Shown here piece after piece: positions 19,391 to 26,970 of a stretch of 43,829 nt of DNA; positions within the stretch are counted from its first letter, which is position 1; the number at the start of each line of letters is the position of its first letter. Under the pieces are notes generated by a model. The model was given only the letters and a program-made list of their open reading frames with translations, was not told the DNA's origin and did not search any database. Location of the stretch: the NCBI GenBank assembly GCA_001275005.1, contig JWZX01003238.1:1-43829 (forward strand), in the 5' to 3' direction. Source of the stretch: Chrysochromulina tobinii (taxonomy: Eukaryota). The translations under genes were made by a program, and so were the position numbers.

Positions 19391-19624
19391 GAGGAATGTG
19401 AGGTGGGTTGACTATTGAATGTGACTGACAGCGCGATGGAAACATTGAATGATTGTGCTGACGGCAGATGGGGTTATGGTAGGGTTATGGCGGGCGGTGT
19501 GAGTCGGTTTGTGACGTCATGCAAGCTCCCCTTTTTGCTGGTTGTGAATGTGCTGCTTACGTGTTGTGTGTATTAACATGAATGTGATGCAGATGTTTCA
19601 CATTCACGAGCTTTTTTGCACGCC

Positions 19625-20582
19625 ATGCAGCTCGACCCAGTACGCAGGCCCGAGCTGCCTGCCTGCGCCGAAGCCGACTTTGCTCGCACTGGCTTCATAG
19701 TGGCCGAAAACCTCCTCGGCGCAGCCACTTGCGCAGCTCTGAACGCACAGCTGGAGCTTGTGTTGCGTGGCGAGTGCGACGGTGCCTTCGGCTGTGCGGA
19801 CAAGGCACCCAAGTTCAGTGCAGAGCGCCGCTGTAAGCCGGGTAAGAAGCCGCCGCCACTCGGCGGTCCATCGAAGCAGACGCTGCAAGTGATCAACATA
19901 TGGAAGGCTGATGCCACATTTGCAAGCGTCGTGCTGAGCCCCACTCTCGGCCAATTGGTTGCTCAGCTTGGTGGCTGGGCGGCTGGGGCTCGCGTCGCGA
20001 ACGATCAGGTGTGGGCCAAGCCTCCTGGCGCGGCGCCCATCACCTTTCATCGCGACTCCGCCTACTTCGACTTCACACCCTCGGATGTGATCACCGTGTG
20101 GCTCGCACTCGATGATATGGAGCCTGAGCTCGGCCCCCTGCAGTACGTTGCCGGCTCCCACCAGTGGGCGGATGGGCGCGTCGGCTCGGCGCAGCAGTTC
20201 TTTGATTGCCGCAACCGGTTTGCTCTGCTGCACGACGCAGCGCGGCGTGAGGGCATCGAGGAGCCCGAGGCGGCTCTCGAGCTCACGACGCTCGGCGTGC
20301 GCATGGGCGGCTGCGGCATCCACAATGGTCGGCTCTGGCATGGGTCGGGTGCAAACGAAAGCCCGAATCGGCCGCGGCGAGGCCTAGGCATCCACTTTGT
20401 GCCGGCGGACGCGCAGTTCACGCACGCAATGGGCAGCACGCTGGCGCACAAGCTACGCCCACCGGAGCAAGTGAACGGCACGGTCATGTCTGAGGCGCTC
20501 TTCCCGATCACCTGGAGGCCTGATCATGCGGCATGTAGGATCCGTGGTGCAGATCCGTGTGCGGATCCGTCGCCCACAACTT

Positions 20583-20623
<41 letters not shown>

Positions 20624-20719
20624 CGAGTCCGGTTTTTCCCCTCTGCGGCGAGCCTGCTGCTGAAGGTGACCATACTCGCTGCCGACAAGGTTCAGATTTC
20701 GGTGGCGGTCAAATTATAA
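19625..20719 (+). CDS. Phytanoyl-CoA dioxygenase (PhyH)-family Fe(II)/2-oxoglutarate dioxygenase
   Basis: FARTGFIV, DQVWAKPPG..ITFHRD (HxD), ITVWLALDD..ELGPLQYVAGSH, and HNGRLWHGSGANES...RR (distal His, 2OG-binding Arg). The C-terminal tail past the poly-Gly is uncertain. Confidence 0.88.
20585..20623 (+). repeat. (GGC)13 trinucleotide microsatellite (poly-Gly in the PhyH ORF)
   Basis: Read directly. Confidence 0.95.
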
Positions 20720-21128
20720 TTGCGGCCCTGTTACGGCCCTGTGTAGTCAGAAAACGCGCCAATAGGAACTTTATACGATCTAGGTATTTTGAGGAGCAAA
20801 CGGACCCGCGTACACACTAGACGCACTTGTCGCACTTCAGAATCTAAATGCCGAATTTTGTCTAAAGTTTGTCTCACCGGTCAGTACTGTTTGACAGTAA
20901 CTAGTACAACTGTAGTTTATTACACGACACTTCTACTGTAACAGTTTAAACTGTACAACTGTAGCGCACTCGCGCCGCGCCGCACCGCCAAGTCCGAATC
21001 TAAAGTTGGTTTTGTGAAATCGTGCATGAATGTGAACGGCCCGCGGCCACGGTGCCTGTGAATGCTTTTTACGTGTCATAAATCACACATACACACATTC
21101 ACATTCACACCCGGAGGAAGGGGTTTGG

Positions 21129-22466
21129 ATGGCGCAAGCGACGCTTCTTGTGCGGAGCCTCGCCTCAATGCGCGTCAACGACTCCCAGCACTGCACTTGT
21201 AGACCTGTGTGCAGCACCCTTGAACCGACCACATCAGAGCTTTCAAGAATCTGGCAAGCCTTCTTCAACGAAATGGAAAGGCAAGGCCACTACCGATTTG
21301 AGCGGTTGCTATCTGTGATCCCTGCTGTCGAGACACTGGCTGTAAATCACGCAAGCATTTCAGCGGCACGATCAGCGGACCCTGCCAATGTGGGACTGTG
21401 CGTGTGGGAGACATTAGGGCCCGATGTTGTCACACACATCCTGAGCCTCGCCGGCATTGCTGCCACCGGTGCTGCTGCTGCTGTGAATCGAGCACTTCGA
21501 GAGAGCACGCTGCATGATGATGTGCTGTGGGAGCGGCACACCCGTACGCTCCTGGCAGTCGTGCGCACATCGACAAACACCCGATCAGTGTGGACAGCGC
21601 TGGCGCTCCAATTGCCAGTAGGCCCAGGGAAGCCTAACTGCGGCTGGCGCGCCCTGGCGAGATGCGTGCGCGACGGCGAGCGTTTGGAGCACTGGTCGCA
21701 CCAGGTCTCGCAGATCAAGGACCAAACGGTCTCGGCTGCGCTATCCGTGTCCGCTGAATCCACGGCGTATGTCCGAGGAGCTCGAAGCGACGAGGAGTGG
21801 GCGTTGATCCTCACGCAAAAGAGGCTAGAAGACGCGCGTCGGCGCTTGAGCCTGCTCGCTCTCAAAGACTTCCGAGAGGCACAACGCGTCGCCACGCCGC
21901 CGCAGTCACTGGCCATGGCGACGGTGCTGTTGCGGCTACTGCTTGAGGGCGTGGATGAGGTGTCCACGACCTACTCGAGCATCGAAAGCAGCAGTCGCAG
22001 TAGCAGCAGCAGCACTAGCGACCTCGAGACCAGCAGCATTGAGTGGTTTCGTCAGTCGATGCCTTCGCTCGGTGCGCGCTTTGGTGAGCAGGCGCAGGAG
22101 CACGTGGGCGCGCTGCTCTCCCGGATGCTCTCTTTCGAGCCAGCAGACACGCCTACAGAGCGCTTGGATGCTGTCGAGGCGGCGTTCCCTCGTGTCTGCA
22201 TGGCGCGCCTCGATCAGGCCATGCGCATCAGCATGCAGGCCAAGGGAGGCATCACCGATGAGTGCCGCGTGCTTCGCGTGGCATCGGCAGTGACTCGCTG
22301 GGTGGTGGCAATTGTCATGGACGTGAGAGTCCGCAGGCGCATGCGAGACTGCGCCACAGTCCTCGACGAGCTAGGCGACTGCCTCGAGGCGTTGTTCGCC
22401 CAGTTGTGGGGTGAGCTGGGCCCTGTGGGCGGGGTAGGCAGGCCGGGCGAATGGAAGCGAGCGTGA
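21129..22466 (+). CDS. Hypothetical protein: F-box-like motif + dynein stalk/microtubule-binding-domain-like region
   Basis: 445 aa ORF. WETLGPDVVTHILSLAG...AAVNRALRE...DDVLWERH is F-box-like. LEDARRRLSLLALKDFRE...PPQSL...LLSRMLSFE...ASAVTRWVVAIV is dynein-stalk-like. Confidence 0.7.
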   Translation: MAQATLLVRSLASMRVNDSQHCTCRPVCSTLEPTTSELSRIWQAFFNEMERQGHYRFERLLSVIPAVETLAVNHASISAARSADPANVGLCVWETLGPDVVTHILSLAGIAATGAAAAVNRALRESTLHDDVLWERHTRTLLAVVRTSTNTRSVWTALALQLPVGPGKPNCGWRALARCVRDGERLEHWSHQVSQIKDQTVSAALSVSAESTAYVRGARSDEEWALILTQKRLEDARRRLSLLALKDFREAQRVATPPQSLAMATVLLRLLLEGVDEVSTTYSSIESSSRSSSSSTSDLETSSIEWFRQSMPSLGARFGEQAQEHVGALLSRMLSFEPADTPTERLDAVEAAFPRVCMARLDQAMRISMQAKGGITDECRVLRVASAVTRWVVAIVMDVRVRRRMRDCATVLDELGDCLEALFAQLWGELGPVGGVGRPGEWKRA

Positions 22467-22516
22467 TGGTGTGAATTCACATGAATGTCGGCTGAAGTCG
22501 AATCGAGCCCGCAAAC

Positions 22517-23398
22517 ATGCCTGATGAGGACGAGGACACAGAGAAGGCTGAGCCCGTGGTTGACAATGCCAAGGCGGGACCCGAAGAGGACAGTGCCCGG
22601 GTCGAGCCTCCGGATCCGGAGCCTGCCTTCCGCCACGTATTCGAGAAGCGGGCAAGGCAATGGGCTGAGGGACGTGGCCTCATCTCATTGCTCTCATCGC
22701 TCGAAGCCTTTTGCCCTCACACGTTCACTCTCGCTGCAGCTGAGCTGAGCGATGAGGCACCGCGGCCATGGGTGCCCGCCGAAGGCGCAGAGGAACGTGA
22801 GGTGAAACTCGCATACCACAAGGCCACACGTTTGCTCCACCCCGACCGCCTCTCGAAGCGCGACCTCTCTGTGCGAATCGAAGCCGAGGAGGTTCTCAAG
22901 GTGCTCACGACGGCCTTTTCCACCAAAATCGACTGGTTCAAGGAAGCGGAGCCGACGTCGCCCTCGCTGCACGAGATTCCCTCGAAAACGGAGCCTACCG
23001 CGGCAAGGAGCAGCAGCGCTAAGGACATTCGGGACAGCATCTTTGGCAACGCGGCAAAGCCTGCGACACCCACGTCGCCCGGTGGAAGCTGGATGCCGCC
23101 GCCGCCGCCCACACGGACGAATTCGACGCCGTCCTCCGGAGGCACCGACCTGCGCGACTCCATCTTCGCCGGAGCCTTCGATGTCAAGCCGAAGCCGTCG
23201 CCACCAGTAACGGCCTCGTCGCCATTTGACGACCCACCTGGCGGCTCATCAAACCCTTTTGGAGCAGCACCGACCACTCGCGTCTCCGACGCCTCGCTCT
23301 CCGCGGCCACCGCGCTTTTCGGTGCGGCGGCTCCGTCCGAGACGGTGAATCCGTTCGGGCCGCCGTCAACAGCGCCCGCCGGCAACCCTTTCGAATAG
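22517..23398 (+). CDS. Auxilin-like J-domain protein with C-terminal NPF motifs
   Basis: RQWAEGRGLISLLSSL...W...EVKLAYHKATRLLHPDRL...AEEVLKVLTTAF is an auxilin/Swa2-type J domain. The low-complexity Pro/Ser tail carries three NPF motifs. Confidence 0.8.
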   Translation: MPDEDEDTEKAEPVVDNAKAGPEEDSARVEPPDPEPAFRHVFEKRARQWAEGRGLISLLSSLEAFCPHTFTLAAAELSDEAPRPWVPAEGAEEREVKLAYHKATRLLHPDRLSKRDLSVRIEAEEVLKVLTTAFSTKIDWFKEAEPTSPSLHEIPSKTEPTAARSSSAKDIRDSIFGNAAKPATPTSPGGSWMPPPPPTRTNSTPSSGGTDLRDSIFAGAFDVKPKPSPPVTASSPFDDPPGGSSNPFGAAPTTRVSDASLSAATALFGAAAPSETVNPFGPPSTAPAGNPFE

Positions 23399-23534
23399 CG
23401 GATCAGGAGGAGGAGGGGTAAGCGAGCACCATAGACCCCACCCAACACCAGTGTCATGCAGTGTGTTTGTGGAGTCCGGTAACTGTTGAGAACAATAGTA
23501 CTGTGGGGGGCGCTGGTACCGGTCTTGTGTCCCG

Positions 23535-23584
23535 GCTCCCCCGGTGTCTTAAAAAGACACCCGGTAAAATGACACCGGGGGAGC
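23535..23584. repeat. Perfect 14-bp inverted repeat (GCTCCCCCGGTGTC / GACACCGGGGGAGC) with 22-nt spacer
   Basis: Arms at 23535-23548 and 23571-23584. A 14-bp direct repeat, GTACAGTCGACCTC, follows at 23603 and 23622. Confidence 0.85.
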
Positions 23585-23724
23585 TGCGGTGCAAATGTAC
23601 CGGTACAGTCGACCTCGTACAGTACAGTCGACCTCTAAGTCGGGCGCGCTCGTGTTCTTGCATTCTTCGCGAGCTTGGAAAAAGACCGTGTGCGACTGCC
23701 GCGTGCCTTGCGTCTCGGGCAAAA

Positions 23725-25338
23725 ATGCCATCCCCCGCCCCTCCCCTGCATCTTGGATCTTTTTCGCTAGACAGGCTCGAGCCCCTCGGACAGGGGAACT
23801 ACGGGTGCTGTTACCTCTACGTCGATCGCGCCACTGGTGCGCAGAGGGTTGTGAAGAGCGTGGCCTCCGCGATCGGCATTTCAGACCCTCGGCGTGAGGC
23901 AGCAGCACTGGAGCGCATCCAGGCACATCCCCACCCCAACGTCGTCAAGTTTTTCGGGCACGAAACCGTTCCTGGTGGCAGCCTCCTCAGCTTCGAGTGC
24001 ATCAGCGGGGGAGAATTGTATGACAACGTGATTGAAGCACTTTCACAAGGCACGCCTGTGCCCACGGTGCGGGCACGCACGCTCTTCCACCAAATTGCGC
24101 GTGGCGTCGATCACCTGCACAAGCTGGGAATAGGGCACCTCGACATCAAGCTGGTGCGTCGTCGCTAGGAACGCCCGAACCCCTTGCCCGCAAGTCCCTG
24201 TAGCCGCACTGCCTCCTGAGTCGATGCGAGCGCCTTGCAGGAGAACTGCATGCTCCATGCCGACATGCAGACTGTGAGCGTCGTAGACCTCGGTCTGTGG
24301 CACGACCTCCAGCTCGGTCTGGTGAACCAAGATCTTTATCGCGGCTCGCCCGCCTACATGTCGCCCGAGGTGTTCGTCAACAAAGGCAGGCGAGAGCCTC
24401 CGACGATGCCGTACGATGCCGTGCCAGCGGACGTGTGGTCGCTCGGTGTGTGCCTCTTCGTGATGCTCATGGGCTTCTATCCGCTCGACGAGCACCCCAC
24501 CATCAGTGGGTACCAGCACCTCCAAGAGCAGCACACGCTCGGCTTAGGTACTCTCGAGGCCACCTGCGGACCTGTGTCCATTCAAGTCTTCCCCTTGCGG
24601 CGTATGTACGGACCGATGCGGCGCCACCAACTGCTCAGCAGCGCGCCCGAGGCGGCGGACCTCCTCGATGGCATGCTGGAGGCTGAGCCCGCGGAGCGTC
24701 TCTCCCTCCAGCAGATCCTAACGTCCGAGTTCGTGCACGACAGTGAGGCCCTGACCGAGAGTGAGGTCTACGCCGCTGCTGCTGAAGCCGAGAGAGCCGC
24801 CGCCGTGAGCGCCGCCGCCACCGCCGCCATCGCCGCCATCGCCGCCGCCTCCGACGGTGCCGAAGCCGACGCCGACGCCACAGCCGACGCCACAGCCGAT
24901 GCCACAGCCGATGCCTCTGGACTGCCGTTGCCGCTGCCGCCGCCGCCCCCGCCGCCCGTGCAAGGCATTGAAGAGCGCCCATCACGACGCCAGCGAGCCG
25001 TGCTCCGCTCCGTGAGCCAGCTCGCGGGCGAGCCGATGGAGGCGGATGGCGCTGAGGGCGCCGGCGTCGGCGGCGCCAGCCTTAGCCGATTGGGCAGTGC
25101 CCTTGCCGCGTGCGTCCTCGAAGAGGTGCCTTCTATGGAATGGCGCTCGCTTTCGTCTGGTCCGCCCCCCTTCCATGGCCAGTCAAGCGGCGGTTACGCG
25201 AGCATGGCGACGGGCTCATGGAACGACGTCGACGAGGACGAGAGCGTCGAGCAGCCCTCGTATCGCTCGATGGAAGCGGCGGGCCCACCCGAGGTGCCGC
25301 CGCCGCTCAAGCGTCAGCTCGCAGTGGCGGTGGCGTGA
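23725..25338 (+). CDS. Two-exon Ser/Thr protein kinase (CAMK-like, non-RD), ~508 aa
   Basis: Exon 1 23725-24153 (LGQGNYG, VVK, HPNVVKF, GGELYD, GHLDIKL). Intron 24154-24240 (GTGCGT...TTGCAG, 87 nt, contains the TAG). Exon 2 24241-25338 (ENCML, DLG, GSPAYMSPE, DVWSLG). Splicing restores the catalytic loop HLDIKLEN. Confidence 0.9.
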
Positions 25339-25653
25339 GAGGCGTCCCGGTGAAACGTGAGAGGGGGGGGGAGGCCGAGCGCGATCCAGCTCCTAAAGTC
25401 CTAATAATTACTATTTGTGTACAACAGTGTACATACCATGCTAATCCACGTCGCAACCGATAGCATAGCGCCGTGTTGTACAGTACTCGGGATCGATTCT
25501 TGAAATCAGCCGCACAGCCTACAGAAATCCTACTTGATTTGAGCTGGATTTAAAGCTCAATTTCACAAGTTGCGAAACCGCAAACCGGAAATCAGAAATT
25601 CGCTGCGACGAATCGGCTCTGCACGGTCTACAGGCCGTTTAGCCGGGATCGGT

Positions 25654-26862
25654 CTAGCTGCTCAGTTGACCGTCCACAGGCGCGACGACAAACTGCGCCG
25701 CGGCCGCGTCCCACACGTAGTATATGACCGGCTGGCTGCTGCTCGCGCTGCTTGCGGACCAGTAGAGGGAGGAACGAGGGTCGAAGTAGAGGCCCGACGA
25801 TGCGTTAAAGTACACGCGATGGGCGGCGTCGAGCACGAAGCCGCCCGCCACGGCGCCGGCGTGCACATGCGGCTCGATGCCGAGGGCTACAGCAGCTGCG
25901 GCCGAGGCCTCGTCGCCCTGTGCGGATGCGAGGCTGCTGGTAGCGGCGCCATCGGCCGCCCGGCGCAGCACTTCAACCTCATCGAGGAGCGCTTCACGCA
26001 GGCGGCTGTAGATGTCGAAGCGACCCGCGCGGAGCATCGCGTCAGCGGCGTCCGTCAGCTCCTCAAACTGCTGCTTGGCGAGTATCTCCTCGAGATTGCC
26101 GTCGTCGCCGTGGCCGTCAGCCGCACCTGCGGCCGACGCGGCACTTGGCGTGCCGGACCCGGCAGCCTGACGCTTGCCACCACTCGTAGCGTGCCTCTTG
26201 CTTAGGCGCCGGAGAGCTGCAGCCACCGTCTCGCCAGGTTTCACGACCGCGAGAATCTGCTGGAGCAGTGCCCCGCGGTCGGCCGCGGGCTCGTCAGGCT
26301 GCTGCTGCATCTCAATCTGCTGCTGCAGCAGACGCCGCCGCTTCTCGACCTTCTCGGCGCTCTCGCCCGTGGAGTCGACCTCGCCGAGCCAAGCGTCATT
26401 CGCATCGTCGGGGTCGTCGCCCTTGCGCTTCCACACGTAGTTGAAATCGTCGTCGAAGTGGCCCTCGCGACGCTCCGCGTCCATGTTGAAGGCCTCTATC
26501 TTAAAGCCTGCCTCAGAGCTGTCCATGGAAAGTTGCTGCTTCTCAAACCGCTCGGTCTCGCTCAGATCGAGCTCGCGAGAGTCGCCTGCATCACCCTCGA
26601 GCTTGCCGTCGGCTCCGAGCTTGAGCTTGTGCTCGTCCCCTGCGGTCTCAACGTCGGCAGCCGTCGCTTGCAGCTCAGCCGATGATCCAGCCCCCGCGGC
26701 GCCCGCTCCACGTGCACCACGGCCCTTGGGCAGGTCGGCAGGATCGGGCTTGGCGAAGCCACTCACGCCGCGTCCTCGGCCAGCAACGTAGCCCGGAGGC
26801 GGCGCAGTGTTGAAGCGGTCCGCGAGCTTCGCGAGCGACGGGCGCTGCTTGAGGCGATCCAT
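25654..26862 (-). CDS. CD2BP2: CD2BP2/Lin1/Snu40 (U5 snRNP 52K)-like protein with C-terminal OCRE-like domain
   Basis: GFKIEAFNMDAERREGHFDDDFNYV, DAWL, LLQQILAVVKPGETVAAALRRL and FEELTDAADAML..G.FDIY match CD2BP2 blocks. The C-terminus has aromatic octamer repeats (GFVLDAAHRVYFNASSGLYFDPRSSLYW...YYVWDAAAAQFV). Confidence 0.85.
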   Translation of the reverse strand: MDRLKQRPSLAKLADRFNTAPPPGYVAGRGRGVSGFAKPDPADLPKGRGARGAGAAGAGSSAELQATAADVETAGDEHKLKLGADGKLEGDAGDSRELDLSETERFEKQQLSMDSSEAGFKIEAFNMDAERREGHFDDDFNYVWKRKGDDPDDANDAWLGEVDSTGESAEKVEKRRRLLQQQIEMQQQPDEPAADRGALLQQILAVVKPGETVAAALRRLSKRHATSGGKRQAAGSGTPSAASAAGAADGHGDDGNLEEILAKQQFEELTDAADAMLRAGRFDIYSRLREALLDEVEVLRRAADGAATSSLASAQGDEASAAAAVALGIEPHVHAGAVAGGFVLDAAHRVYFNASSGLYFDPRSSLYWSASSASSSQPVIYYVWDAAAAQFVVAPVDGQLSS

Positions 26863-26970
26863 GCTAAGTTCCGGCTCTACAAGTCAAGTCGAGTCCAAGT
26901 GCAGTACCGTACATGCACAAGTTTCCTCGCCCATTCACGCCGATCTCCGTGAATTGAAAAACTCGCGTGA

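Noticed and set aside
19470..19490. GGGTTATGG repeats as an interstitial telomere
   Set aside because: Only two imperfect copies and not a (TTAGGG)n tract.
22410..22516. Splice fusion of the F-box/MTBD gene with the J-domain gene
   Set aside because: The strong donor GTGAGC (22411, phase 1) has no in-phase acceptor. The only in-phase pair uses a weak GAG acceptor with no pyrimidine tract. Left as two genes pending RNA data.
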